This document shows positions 1 through 13,685 of a stretch of DNA of 22,077 bases, piece by piece. Below the pieces are notes generated by a model. The model saw nothing but the letters and a program-made list of their open reading frames with translations, ran no database searches and was not told the DNA's origin. Origin of the DNA: Ginkgo biloba (Eukaryota; Plantae; Ginkgophyta); assembly GCA_024626585.2 (NCBI GenBank), contig JANKJI020000002.1, forward strand, positions 202,662,278-202,684,354, given 5' to 3'. The position numbers and the translations under genes were made by a program. Each line of letters opens with the position of its first letter. The stretch's first letter is position 1.

Positions 1-1150
1 CTTCTACTCTTTTATGTACCCATCCATGTTTATAATTTATGGTGTGGAAATCCCTATCATATCATGCATAATACCATGGCCATATCTTCTTTCTCCTCCT
101 CTTTATGGTCATCTATAGTGGCTTCCACCTTTATTTCTTCTTCTTCTTCACAAGTGTCCTCTAGGATGAATAAACATTTTTTAGAGAACTTATGTCCTTT
201 GGACCACTTATCATTGCATTTGTAATAGATTACCTTGGCTATCTTATCCTAAAACTCCTTGGTTAATATCCTTTAAAGGGGTGGAATTTTCCTACCAGAT
301 GGTGTTTGTCTATTGCCAAGTCTTTCTTATTCTCCCCTGACGCATGTATACCTTTTAGTAGCCCTATTCTTGGCTTCTATCTAGAGGGATAACTCAATGG
401 ATGAGTTCATATCTAGGGGATCAATTATTTTTAATTCATGTTGTATTTCCTCTCTTAAGCCTCAAAATGTAGATATCTATCATCTTGTCATCATTCAGCT
501 CATCTACCAAGGTTGCCAATTTTTTATATTGTGCCATGTAGTCCATGAATGTCCCTATTTTTCTAATCTTGGTGAGTTGGCTAAATTAATCTTTCTCCCA
601 TACATCATCTTATTGAGTAGTGATGTCAGCTATAAAATTTTCCCATAAGTAGGAAACTCCCACTTCCCTCTTTCACAAAATCCATTAGTACCATTAGAAT
701 TATTTATTGGCCATTTGTCAGGTTGTTAATGCTAAATTCTTGTCTTTGGGAACTTGGTATAATATAAAATATTATTATAACTGTCTCAACCAAATTTACA
801 CCTTAGTTCTATCAAATTTTCTAATCTACACTTTTAGGAGATAGTTCCCTTTCATTACGAAAGAGTCATAAATTCCCCTTTGCTTTTGGAAAAATATTAT
901 ATTTTTCCCTTCCCTTTAAGGTTTGGGCCTTCTCCTATTTCCTGAGATGCATAGATATTTTTATATTTTTATAAGATTTATTAGGTTGGGTTCTTCATCT
1001 CATATCTCATTTCACCTAGATCTATGGTTAATTTTATGTCAACCATACTAATATATTTCCTTACTTTTGTTAGAAAAAAAAAAAAAAAATTATCCATTTG
1101 GGCTTCAATTTCTCCCTTAGAACTCCCCTCACTCTTATATGCCATGGATT
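1..1150 (-). pseudogene. gag: Decayed retrotransposon gag plus beginning of aspartic protease
   Basis: Minus-strand translation: 'IWLRQL**YFILYQVPKDKNL' (~800-735); 'FSQLTKIRKIGTFMDYMAQYKKLATLVDELNDDKMIDIYILRLK / EEIQHELKIIDP' (~590-420, Retrotrans_gag-like); decayed zinc knuckle 'AKVIYYKCNDKWSKGHKFSKKCLFILE' (~240-160, cf. KGLCYxCDEKWxxGHxC); an acidic run; then 'HDMIGISTP*IINMDGYIKE' (~70-8, cf. HALxGISTPQTLKIxGYIK preceding LIDSGS). Stops and frameshifts are present. Confidence 0.85.
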
Positions 1151-2003
1151 CAATACCATAAAGATTTCATAACCTAATTTGGCCTATGGTGTAAGATATA
1201 ATTCAGAATGCAATATGCCACACATGCAAAGAGATCATACTTTTCTACAGTGTTAGAACTAGAGTGTTCCACATGCTCAAAAATAAATTGGCAATGGTAG
1301 GATGAGAGTGTCCTACCTTCCCTAGATTATATTAAAAAGAAGAAATAAAATTTTGGACCCTTAGACTTATGTCTATTTTATTAGTTACAAGCACAATGTA
1401 TTTTTTTGTCCTTTTACATATATGATTTTTTTGTAATAATTATTTTTGGCTACAATGGAGAATGAGACAGTTTGAGAAGAAAGATTGCAAATATAAAAAA
1501 GTTGTCTTCTTTTTTTTATGAACTAAATAATATTCATAATGCATCCTTAACTAAACAATCTACATAGTGTATAATCCACACTATATCAGCGCACATGTTA
1601 ACAAATGTAAACTATGATAATGTGCATTTGAGGAGCACGTAAAAAATTGGTATTTAGGAGTACCATGTTTGTGTAAGGAATTAAAGAGAAGGAGAATATA
1701 GTTAAGTATTAAAGGCATGTGTAGAGATAGTATGATGCATAGAAATGTAGACCGATGAAGGTTTGAAAAAAAAATTGTATGGTAGTGTTAGGACTAATGG
1801 TGATATAGAGGAGGGGTAATTGGCTAGATGAACTCAATTGCTATTGCTACCCCTTCAGATGGCTATCTTAATTGGTCTACTCCCTAAAACTTGACCTTCA
1901 AACTGTAACTATTGAAACTCAAAAAATAGACATGAACTAGAAAGTAAATAAACCAAAACTTGATACGTAAGAGTTTCTATCAATAAATGTGCATAGAAAA
2001 TTT

Positions 2004-2014
2004 CTCTAATACCA
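2004..2014 (-). promoter_or_regulatory. Primer-binding site (tRNA-iMet type), decayed
   Basis: Minus strand reads ...TTACA AG TGGTATTAGAG: the canonical TGGTATCAGAG with one C>T change, 2 nt after an LTR-like ...TACA end. Confidence 0.8.
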
Positions 2015-2016
2015 CT

Positions 2017-2347
2017 TGTAAGCAACCTCTAATCCAACATAATGATACAAGGAATGATCATAATATATAAATCTAATATCTCATTAATCAATCCATTTTG
2101 AGGGTGAAAACCTCCAATAAAATAGTGCTCAATATAAAATATGCCTTAAAGGGATTACAAGATGGTTTATATAGAAGAATACAAGAGAGGATACCTCTCA
2201 TGAAGGATAAGTGTCTTACATGCAAAATTTCATAAGAATAAATGTCATAAGAAGGTTAGGTAGATCATGTGAAGGGACAAGTGTCATAAGTAAATAGATT
2301 AGATGGAAGAAATAGAGTTAGGGGGATTAGGGGCCAAGTTTATTATA
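2017..2347 (-). repeat. 5' LTR (~330 bp) of the gypsy element
   Basis: Ends in TTACA next to the PBS and has TATATAA near 2166-2173 (minus). Its reverse complement aligns by eye with 16913-17213 (shared blocks TATTGAGCACTATT and GGAGGTTTTCACCCTC; start T[A/G]TAATAAAC), which fixes both boundaries. Confidence 0.8.
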
Positions 2348-2640
2348 TGTACCCATACTAGTAATTATTTTGAATCCTTCATGGGGTCAAAATTGATATG
2401 CATATAATCAAGATAAAGTCCATTTATACCCATAAACCAAGGAAAATTTTCAAAAATAACTTGTTTATCCTCTTTTCTCTCAAAGAAATCCATGAAGAAA
2501 CCTCTGCCAAAGGGAACAATTTCCATTCATCCCTTAATGAGATTTTTTTTCCATAAGGAAAATAGAGACAACCATAAGCCTATAAAATGGCCAATTAAAA
2601 CCCTTTCCTACAAATCTAGAACATCTTCTTCAATCACTAT
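2348..2640 (-). pseudogene. LINE (L1-type non-LTR retrotransposon) ORF1 fragment, DUF4283 region
   Basis: Single minus frame: 'ERVLIGHFIGLWLSLFSLWKKNLIKG*MEIVPFGRGFFMDFFERKEDKQVIFENFPWFMGINGLYLDYMHINFDPMKDSK*LLVWV'. This matches the plant LINE ORF1 pattern LIGKFxGLW...GRGFFxxxFExKED...GP[WY]FMG..GLYL..W..xFDP...PVWV. Confidence 0.85.
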
Positions 2641-3321
2641 AAGGTTAAAAAATAGCTCAAAGAAAAAGTTGAGTTTGTTTATAAATGTAGTTTGGCCTAC
2701 TCCTTTCATGCCTAGCTAGGGAGATAGACCTGCACGAGGATAATAAATTCCATGATTCAAATGGGAACCTATTTCCCCCTTCAATGATACTTCCATCATG
2801 AACACTTGATGCTATAGTCTACAGAAATCCCATCCCTAAACCTGTTGTTGATCCATCCATCATATGACAAAGGTATTTCTTCATATTTATAGGTTGTTAT
2901 ATTTATTTTTTTAATTGATTTCCTAAGTAATACTAAGCTTCATATAATATCAGATAATTAAATTCTTTGTAAATTTATAATAAGTAAAAATTTAAGGAGT
3001 GGGTTATTTTATGTAAATATATACATTTGGATTATTTTATATAGGAATATACATTTGATAAATCTTATAAAAATATAAAGTATGGAATATAATTTGTAAA
3101 GGTGAAAATTTCCAACAAATATAGATTTTCCCTTTATTGTATATAAAATTTAGTGAATATAATAATAATTTCCAATATGCTTCATAAAAGGTGGAAAACA
3201 TTTTGGTAAGAAAATTCTACTTAGCAATTTTTTTTTTTTTTTTTAAAACTGGTCAAGGTATAACAACTGGGTTATAAATAGCCCATAAATTTTTCTATGA
3301 TGTATATAGGATAGATTCTAT

Positions 3322-3421
3322 NNNNNNNNNNNNNNNNNNNNNNNNNNNNNNNNNNNNNNNNNNNNNNNNNNNNNNNNNNNNNNNNNNNNNNNNNNNNNNN
3401 NNNNNNNNNNNNNNNNNNNNN
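3322..3421. other. Assembly gap (100 N); others at 6463-6562, 8641-8740, 11139-11238, 14638-14737, 18637-18736
   Basis: Runs of exactly 100 N, i.e. placeholder gaps of unknown true size. Confidence 0.99.
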
Positions 3422-5129
3422 TTAGATTGTTATAACAATATTTTTTAATTGAATTGAATATTGATGGATGATGTTTTAGATTGCCACATGTGGTAATATT
3501 TTTTAATTGAATTGAGTATTGATTAGATATTTAATTATATGTAATGTAATGGTCATTTGTGGTTAGTATTATAGTTTTATTTTGTGTATAGAAATTATTG
3601 TAGATGGCTTTCTACTTTGCTCCAAAACATTGGATGGCCCATCATCTTCTCATTTTTGTTATTTTTACTCGTTATAAAATCTACAAATCTTAAAATATTC
3701 GATTTCTATCAAATTATTTCAGAGTTCTTCTTCTACTTTTAATATTCTCTTTAGCTTAGAAAGTCTAATGTTCACATAGAGCCTTCTTAACATGTTCTTT
3801 AGCTTGAATCTATGGTAATGTAACAAAAAATCATGTACCATACATATTTTAAATCAAGTTGGGTGATCTCTAGAAATTTGAATTTAAAATACTCTCAAAG
3901 CCATATCTCATACTTTATGGTTAATCTAATACAATAAGTTTACTCTCTTTGTGTATCTGCATGTTTATTTCATTCAATAAATTACTCTCGGTTATTAGAG
4001 TGGTGAATATTAAATTCATTGCTTGTTACATGCTTGCTAACTTTATTTACCTTCATGCTTCCTAAATGAAAGAAATTATCACATTAGTTGCTATATTAGA
4101 TGTGATGATCTCTAATATTTGATAATGAATATTATCACATATTTTTTAAATTATTTTATTTATGACATTAATGAGGAAGTGGTCAGATGGACATGCTTTT
4201 CCAAAGTATAATAGTATGGATATAATCTTCATTAAAAAATAAATATGGATAAATCTTCATTCTATACTCATTGTTAATGATTTATTTTTTATTAAAGATC
4301 ATCCATCAAATAAAAACAAAAATCTATAACATCTCACCACAACTTGAATTAAATGCCTTATTAATTAGTTATTATTATGATTTATTTTATTATTAGCACC
4401 ATTAATGAAGGAAGTATTAGACATGCATTTTGTTTAGTTCTATAACTAATCTTTTGCCCATGGCAATCGTCCCACTAGAAATGACATTTATAGCAGTTTG
4501 TTTGTCATATCCACCCATCCTCATTAGACATCCTTTGTAGTCTCTAAAAAGAAAGATGTCGCCCTAGTTGAACATTTGTTTAATCTAATGATATAATGTA
4601 GAAATAAATGTTTGTGTGGACCACATCCTATTACTTTGAATCTTGAAGCCGATTGAATTGCATAGAATATCTTTTAAAGGGAAAATATTTTAGGTGGAGT
4701 ACTCAGGCTCCCTGAAGAAAATTTTATTGAGGAAAAATATTGTTGGATATTGTTAACTTCTAGGTTGGATCATTAGATTACTCTTGATTATGTTGAGCCA
4801 AGGTAGCATCATATCTCTTATTTAACTAGCTAGGATTATTATAATTATAAGTGTGATAGTAATTGTACCTAATAGTGAGTGAAATTAATCATCTTTATTA
4901 TTATGATAACACTAACAAATTCTACAATATACTTCATGTTTATATTGGTTGGATCAATTTTTATATTGATGTGTATTATTATTATTTTTTGGCCAAGTTT
5001 AGTTTTTTATTTTTTTGTTAAGGATTTACACCATTAGGGCTATGATAATTAGTATGATTTTAATTAGTGGTTTAGTTTCTTGTTGTACTATCCATTATAA
5101 TTTTGTTAGAGGTGTTAGTTGTAATGATA

Positions 5130-7420
5130 CTTATGCTAGAGGAAGCAAGATTAACCTTTATTAAGAAGGTAAAGGCAAAGGATGATACACTTCCTTGGTT
5201 TTGAATCTATAGGTTTATTTAGTTGAATCCTAGCCAATGTTTGATATAACTCTATGATAATCTTGGACAAATAAGATTCATAGACTACATTCTTGGAGAA
5301 AGGCTTCTGAGTAAGGATAATTATTCCATTTGATATTACATCATGATCATTAATATATTCATTATGCTACTCAATATGTATGACACATGATTTTTGATAA
5401 AGAGATTTATAAATTATATATTCATAAGATACTACCCTTTTATAATATTTTAAATGGATTTTAGGTTTAAGGATTTTTATGAAAATATTAAGTAATTTTT
5501 TAGGATTAAGAAGGGTTGTTCACTTTAACACTTTGACTCTAAACTAGTGAACATGATCAGATATTGATTGATTATCAACTTGATTTAGAGCCATTAAATC
5601 CTCTAAACTAGTATCATAAAACTTAGGGATGATACAATATTAAATTATAAGTTATTAAAAGAGGTAAATTGATTGTTTGAGTAGGGTATAGTGCTATTTA
5701 ATTACATCTCTAGCTAAGGATCTCAAGAATAGTTTAAGTGGAATTGAATCTTCTATCAGTAGTCAACATAGGCTATGGCAAAGGCATCTACGTGTGTTAT
5801 TTTTAATATTTTCATCTTTTTTAAGAAAAAGTTAAAAGCTTAAGGGTGATAGTATTGGGATTAAATTAGATCCAAATTAAGTATATTCTCTTGATAACTA
5901 GTGTAGTTTATATAATTCAAGTTAGAGGTGAAAGGAGGATAGTTTAATTTTATGAAACTTTCCCTTGGGAATATGGAGTAGTTATATTTTTAGAAATTTT
6001 AGAACCTTCTCTACCCCTTAATTTTTAAAAGGTTGATAATATTTTTCAACCCTAAGGGATATATAATTATTATTATAAGAGGATGATTGCATATTAAGGT
6101 TGATATTCCATGAAGACGTTAGCAAATAATATCATTCAAAATTATAATTCAATTCTTAATCATAATTATATTAATTTCCTATATAGTATGAGGTGGAGTT
6201 AGGGAGACTTTAAGGGTGAGAGGCTTTTCATTAAGATGTGATAAATATTTACCAATTTCTATCAATTTTTTTTATCTAAAACTTATTTTGTGAAAGACAA
6301 CTTTTACTTATACTATGATGATGATATTCATAGTTGTGAATCAAGTTGATTCAAAGGACTAGGAGTTGAGAAAAATCTCTATCAAGGATTATAACTCTTT
6401 TTCTCATCTAAAGGATTTTTATCATAAATAAATAAATTATTTTCATAGTTTCCTAATATAACNNNNNNNNNNNNNNNNNNNNNNNNNNNNNNNNNNNNNN
6501 NNNNNNNNNNNNNNNNNNNNNNNNNNNNNNNNNNNNNNNNNNNNNNNNNNNNNNNNNNNNNNGTAGGTACCTCAAACTCCTACAAGTGTTGTTAGAAGAT
6601 CTATTATGTTATGTAGACCCCCTAAATAATTCTCTCCTTCTTTATATTATTATTGTTGATTGATTATTTATCATTTTCACTATATCTTAATATTTACTAT
6701 TGAAAGTGAGAACTCAAGACTAGAAGTAGAAATATATACTATCGTTATTTGATTTTATACATTATTATTAGTCCTTAAATATATTCAAATATGAATAATG
6801 GGGATATATCATAACTTTGATAATGAAAAGATGATGTAATATTTTGTTCCCTATTGGATTGAGGCATATATGTGTATAGACATGTGAGATGATTTTAAGA
6901 AAGGATTTTATCTATACAACTCCTTTGTTTCACTTATAAAATATAATTTCTTGGGATTGACTAGATTTTAATAAGAATTTTACCATAATTAAAGGAATAA
7001 ATTTGTGTAATATTTTATATAAATTTTAAGTATACTTATAAATAGGTAGAGTAGATAATATTGCACAACTATCTCTAAGTCACTAGCCTCAAGGAACCCT
7101 CAATATCCAAACTATGACTAAGTAAAAGTGGAATATAAATAGAATTATCAACCTTTATGATCTACCTAATGTATTGATTCCTAATATGTATGCTATGTAC
7201 AATATTATATCTATACAAATGTAGTTCTTTCTAATTTTTAGGAATCCACATCATCAATATTCATAGTGCTCTCTACTTTTGAGTAGTATAAGGAGTTACC
7301 CTTGGCCAAGGTTGAGTTCAATTCTCTATACCTAACATATGGAGTTTATAAGGTTAAATAAGTTTCTTAAAGAAGAAGAGGAATAAGAAATGTAGTATTT
7401 TGGTTTTGTATGGTGTATCC
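5130..7420 (+). pseudogene. Heavily decayed CACTA/En-Spm transposase (TnpD/Tnp2; Transposase_21 and DUF4218 regions)
   Basis: Short motifs in the expected order across frames: MLEEAR (5133), LVLNL* (~5195, cf. LLNLQ), AKDLKN (5713, cf. AxDPRN), WEYGV (5966, cf. LWxxGV), TLRDI (~6049, cf. FxLRxI), DFKGE (~6206, cf. FNGE), KELPL..YGV..FLK (7290-7370, cf. ExxLxGPV..WMYxxER..LK). Many stops and indels; spans one gap. Confidence 0.6.
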
Positions 7421-8899
7421 ATATCATTTCTAGGGAATTTTGTGTTAATATTGAGGAAGTATTTTGGGTTAATATTAGGGATATATTTTGGGTCCCATTA
7501 GGAATGCAAGAAATGCAGATCCATTTGGATGTACCTTTACTTCTAATGGGATGAGATTGAAGTCTAATTATTATATCATCCTTGTGGGGTTTCCTAGACT
7601 CCTAAAACTTTGAGGAGACTTAGAGATTCACCTCTTTTGTAATGTATTCAAATGGCCGATCCTAATTCCTAAATTTCTCTTCTAAATTATTAAAATATCA
7701 TAATATTGATTTGATAACCTTAAGATAGTCTCCTATATATTTTAGATATATATGCATATGTGTGTTGAATGAGTTTGTTAGGTGATATATTGCATGCATT
7801 ATTGAAAAAGAAGTAAGAAGAAAAATTTCAAGTAAACCATACTTTTAGTAATTTAAAATTTAAAAATGTATCTAATATAATAAAGAAAATAAGTTCCATT
7901 TGAAATGTAATTAAATATTAATAAAGTATATGTTGTCATATTAAATATTCATTATGCCAATTTTTTTAAAAATCTTAGAATCTAATTCTATGAAATTGTG
8001 TGATTAATTCACTATGTTAAGGGTTTTAGTAGATTAGTAACTTGTGTATTAAATGAGAATGAGTAATATTAAGGATACCTAATGAATTTATTTATCAAAT
8101 TATAGGCTCTATATACATGAATCCTTTTTTTTTATTCTATGTGAAAATGGTTATTAAAATACAAAATGCATTTTTAGTACAAGAACATAATTTTAAGGAT
8201 TTTAGGAGTTTTTAGTAATGAATTTTAACTTGTTTTATTAATAATATATTGAATATTATGATTTAATTTCATGACATCAATAATTTCCATAACCCCACTT
8301 AATTAAGATGTTATTTTCCTATATTTAAATTTTAAGCACGAACCTATGAGTTGATTTTTCTTATTGAAAACATTATAGAGAAGGGGTTTGCCTTTGATTG
8401 AGACCACATTATCAATGGAAATATTTCATAGAAAATTATATAGATTCCTCAGTCCCATTATTTCTATTGGACCTCCTATTTGGTTTATTTCCTTTTAACT
8501 TGATCAGAATACCTTATAACACCCCCAACAAGTGTTGTGCGAAATATACAACAACACCACAAAGAGACCAAAAGAGTCCCTCTCTGAGACCAATGGTTAA
8601 AAGAGGACCTATAAGAGAGAAAAACTAACCTTAAATAAGCNNNNNNNNNNNNNNNNNNNNNNNNNNNNNNNNNNNNNNNNNNNNNNNNNNNNNNNNNNNN
8701 NNNNNNNNNNNNNNNNNNNNNNNNNNNNNNNNNNNNNNNNTCTCATGTCTACTTATCACTAATGACAAAAGAGAAATAAAAGTGTAGTGCATAGGATAAA
8801 TACATGACGTGCTTAGGAAAACATGCAGTATTAGTAGTGAGAAAATTGAGAATATAATTTTCACAATTCTAATTAGCTATCAATCTTGACAGTGACATT

Positions 8900-9230
8900 T
8901 TGTATATGTCTAAGTACTATGATATCTTCAACCATGGAAAAGATAGCCAAGAAGTTTATCACATGATTTCACATTACAACATACAAGATATAAGGAGAGA
9001 ATACACTATAAAGTTCTTAAATACTAAAGAATATCAAAATGGGGGTTATGAATTTAAAATTGTATTCTATAAGAATAGATCATATGATGTAAAGTACCCA
9101 GATTATTTTCAATGGCTACTAGGTCTATTTATTATTTTCTTTATTAACTTTTATTTGGAGTCTCTTAAACTTTATAAGGAAACATTTTTATAATAACTTA
9201 GTTCTGTTAGAAGATCTTATTTCTATCCTT
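8900..9230 (+). pseudogene. CACTA transposase C-terminal remnant (DUF4216-like)
   Basis: ORF 8900-9193 contains 'GYEFKIVFYKNRSYDV' (cf. DYxxFxVxLFKCxWYDV) followed by 'ETFL' (cf. EPFI), lying downstream of the DUF4218-like remnant as expected. Confidence 0.45.
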
Positions 9231-12200
9231 ATATTAAATTTGATTTCATTTTCTTGGCATTTTTCTTAAAAAATATTTATGAAATAGTTTTATTATAGTG
9301 ATTTAAGTTGACTAAATTACTACAACTTGGAAGTTATATTTATTCATTCAAACCCTTAATAAAATTTTGATCTCTAAAAAAAATGCAATGGAGTAATGGT
9401 GACTATATAACCATTTTTTAATTCACTATAATGGAATTAGATTACTAATCTAGGAAACTAACAAGATTGCATCCCTATTTGGATGAAATGTTTATTAAAT
9501 CAACTCAAGAAAAGGACTAAAAAAATAGGACTTTGGATAGAGGGATGAAGTAGTGGTAGTAGTTTTAGGGTTTATAGATAAAAAGTTCATTAGTGAGGAA
9601 GCATGGTGATTATTAGCACTAGATAATTACTATTTATTTTTGTTGATTTATGTAGGTTAGATAATGATATATGGGAGATGAAAGTAAAATTGGCATTATT
9701 ATCGAGTATTGTGGACTTTTAAGAGGTAATAAACCATTGTGAGGGTCAATTAATATTAAGTAAGGGGGAAAAAATTATTAGGGGCTTAGAAGGATGGTAC
9801 GGATTTCACCTTACTCTATTATTATACATAAATAATTTTATTTTATTATAGGATGTAATATTTATCAAGGAATATAGTTTGGACAAACATATTTAAATTT
9901 TAAATGGAATGGAGCTTAAGGTTCCCTCCATTTATTTTATATTTCTATATTTTTTAGATTTAATATGTAAAGTAAAAATTCTTTTGCGATATTACAAATA
10001 TTAAACATTAGATTTTAGTAATTCATTATATGTGAGTTCCTCATTTCTTTACTAATTCTTTGTTTAATTTTTTTTTTTTACAAATTACAATATTAAAAGG
10101 GAGGGTCCTATATGTTTCTTCATTTGTACTATGGGAAATCGAGCAAACAGAGGGGTTTAAGTAAATTAGTCCTTATTTTTATAATTTAGGGAAAGTATGT
10201 CATGTAAGGACCTAATTATTATCTTAAATAAATCAAGTAAATGATTTCTAAGGATTAGAAGCAAAGAAATATTAGTAAATTTGATGCATAGTTATTCATC
10301 CATTACAATTGAGTTTTTCTCAAATTTAAAAATTTTCCTATGGATGAGTTTTTAGTTCATCATCATGATGAAAATTGGGATATATAACTATTATATATCT
10401 TCTTAGGTGGAATTATTCATATATAATTTAATTAATAAATAATCAACAAGTAGTTTAGCCTATGATAGAGCTTTGTCTTCTTTGGAAAGGATTAATCTAT
10501 ACAAAATGAGTAATAAGTTCATTAGCCAAATGCTTTACTTTATCTCTCTACTATGATTCCTTGGTTTATGTAGTAATGTCTTATATATTTAGTAGTGAAA
10601 GGACTCTAAAATAAATTATATATAAGATAAGTTATATGTGGCCTACTTTCTTAGTTGCATGTAGGCCTATGATAAGAGGATAGAATTATGCTAATTACCT
10701 AGTGATGGGGAATTTTAAATATATTTCATCTAATAGAACCAAATTATTATTATAAAAATATAAATAACTAAGAAATTATATCTCTAGTGGAAGGATATAA
10801 CTCATAATTAACAACTTTGTATAGTGAGTTAAAGTAGATTTTAGAATCTCATATAGCTAGGAAGGCTATAATAAAATCTTTCAAGAAATTCATTATCATA
10901 TTATTAGAGTATATCATAATCATCATTATTATTATGTTTTTAACAGAGTAAAAATAAAATCAAATTAAAAAATTATATTGAGTTTTCTAGTATTATACCT
11001 GGTTAGAATTAAATCAAAGTAAAATTATGAAGTATATTAAATGTAGAGAAAAATTGCATAGTTTCTTAATCAAAATAATCCATGATGAAACTAATAAGCA
11101 TTCATTTTTTGTGTTATTATATTTAGGGAAGTGATAAANNNNNNNNNNNNNNNNNNNNNNNNNNNNNNNNNNNNNNNNNNNNNNNNNNNNNNNNNNNNNN
11201 NNNNNNNNNNNNNNNNNNNNNNNNNNNNNNNNNNNNNNCAAATAAATATAATAATTATACCTATCTAACATCTATTATAAACTTGATTACTCATATTTTA
11301 ATTGAATTAATCCATAATTAAATTTATCAAGGTCTCAACTTCAGTACTGTCGGCTTATGGAATAAGTTTTATAGTCATTATTTGAAATTGTCTTAGAAGA
11401 TTACAAATTATACTTACCAAGGGTCACTGACTTTTACTTCTTGTTCTCTAGGACCTCTATGCTTTTGAGATAACTAGTAAGGAGCATGTATATATGATTA
11501 TGTGTCTTATTATTTACTCTTACGAATAATTAAGTGATCCAATAACTATGATATTCCTAGTTATATTATTGGTATAATTAGAATTTAGGAAGCATCTTAC
11601 TTTGTGGATTATTCATCCCTAACTATATTTTATTATCTACGATGTGGCTAATATATTAGAATTGCTTCATAGATTTTGTTAATGAAGAAAAAATAAGGAT
11701 GAATTCTTAGCTCATCCATATTGATTAATAATATAACATCTTTCAGATGATCCAACCCCATAACGAAAATTAGTCATATGTTGGAAGAAGACATCTATTT
11801 TGTCAATATACTAGTGTTTTTTTTAATTATTAGACATTTTATTATTTTCTTTATAAGAAAAAATTATACTCTATGTACATATTTCAAAGTATGTTATATT
11901 CAAAATTTTCTATCTAAAGGATCATAGTGGAGGAATGAGGCATATTATATTACATATTATATTTCTTTGATTGAGACATATTTGGAATGTCACTAATTGG
12001 CATGGCATACAAAGTATATCCAATAGTAATTTATATGGCCATGCCTAATGGCTCAAGATTTTATAATATGAATGTTATATTGTAATTAGAGAATATATTT
12101 AATAAATTCTTTACTTAAGAATATAAATCAAATAGTATGGTTATTCTAACACTATATTCCCCAATTATATGATACCATAATAAATTCAATGATGTAATAA

Positions 12201-13685
12201 TCTTGGTATATGTTATGTCTAAATATCTCATAACTTCTAGACCTAAAATTATTTCCCTATATATTGCATAATTTATGGTATAATTCATAGTGATAAGGAA
12301 AGAATCATTAGATATTGATCTTTATCAAAATTCTTATGGACCCAAGTAATGGTTATAGGAAATTATGTGTTTAAATAATATTTTATGGATTTATAATATA
12401 TTATCCATTGATTCTCAAGGGAACTTATCCAAGGATAATTACAAATTCCTAAAACTTTTTATGACCAAAAAATAAGGTAGAAATATGGTTAGAGGACTTG
12501 ACGGATAAAAAATAAGGTCACTTATAAAAATGATTCCTTATGAATTATTACTAATTTATGAGAGGTTTGGGTAAAAAAGTAACTTATGGAGAATTAAAAT
12601 CTCTTTCAATAATGATATATGATTATAATGGAAATATATAAATTATATGTTTTATTATTAGGGGAGTGAAAACATGTTATTATAGATTATAATAATTAAA
12701 GGGGAACATTTATTCCTAAGGATTAAAAAATCTTTACCTATGACCCATTTAGGACATGTTAAATATTTTTTATATCTAAATAAACTAGGAAATATGTCCC
12801 TTTTGTCAAGGAAATAAGGGTTTTGTAACTTAATCATGAGTTTGCCTCTATTTTTTTTATCTTATATCTAATCAAATCACATAACCATTTCTTCAAGTTT
12901 AAATATTATATATTTAACATTTGTTTAGCTTAAACATTTTATAAATCTTATTGTATTACCTTATCTAATTCTCATAGTTCAATAAGTTAGGCTTATAAGA
13001 ACTTATTATTAGATAACTCATAATTAATTGCAATGCATAAGGATGAGATTTTGATTTCTATGAGTAATACAACTCTAACACCATAAACCAAGGTAAAAGG
13101 TCTAAAGCTAGTAGAATCCTTTTCTCTACTTCCATATTCCTATGAACCTAGATATAATTTCATATGATAACCTATTTTTTATTCTAAAACTATTTTTTAT
13201 ATAACTATTAGTCTTGTGCATGATTCATAATGGAGTTTTTTTACTTGTTATTATAGTTTATGGAACTCTAAATCAACATAGTATTTGATTATAAATGAAT
13301 TTCTAGTGGAAGCATCATATTTTTTTTAATGGACATAACTTTAACCCATTTATTCATGTTTCCAATTATTGTAATAATAATTTTATGTCCATTAAAGGAT
13401 GTACGAAATATAGTCCCCACTAAGAAAACGGGAAAGTTTATATAATGGTGTGTAGAGGGAGGGGTTGCATATAAATATTGTTGGAAAACATTTGGCACTT
13501 TTTATATGATTGTACTTTATCTATAATATCAAATAATATTATAGGCTAGTAATAATTTATACTATGAATTATTTTATTTTATGGTTCTAGTGGAGAAATG
13601 GCCACTATAATTTCTAGTGTGACACTTCTAATATATTTTGTGCATTTGATGAATTAATACATCACAAAATTAATTCATCCAAATA

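Larger units (their letters stand above)
1..2347 (-). mobile_element. Ty3/gypsy LTR retrotransposon (chromovirus/Reina-like), 5' portion: LTR-PBS-leader-gag-start of protease, decayed; continues left of the window
   Basis: On the minus strand, in order: LTR (2347-2017), tRNA-Met PBS remnant (2014-2004), then decayed gag motifs and the pre-protease motif (see sub-features). Confidence 0.85.

Noticed and set aside
397-648. Plus-strand 83-aa ORF
   Set aside because: Antisense shadow of the minus-strand gag remnant.
2492-2719. Plus-strand 75-aa ORF
   Set aside because: Antisense to the LINE ORF1 remnant.
3422-3525. Direct repeats with a short spacer (CRISPR-like)
   Set aside because: Only two AT-rich units, no cas genes, and a eukaryotic transposon context.
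8631-11271. ORFs 8631-8864 and 11014-11271
   Set aside because: Open only because they read through N gaps.
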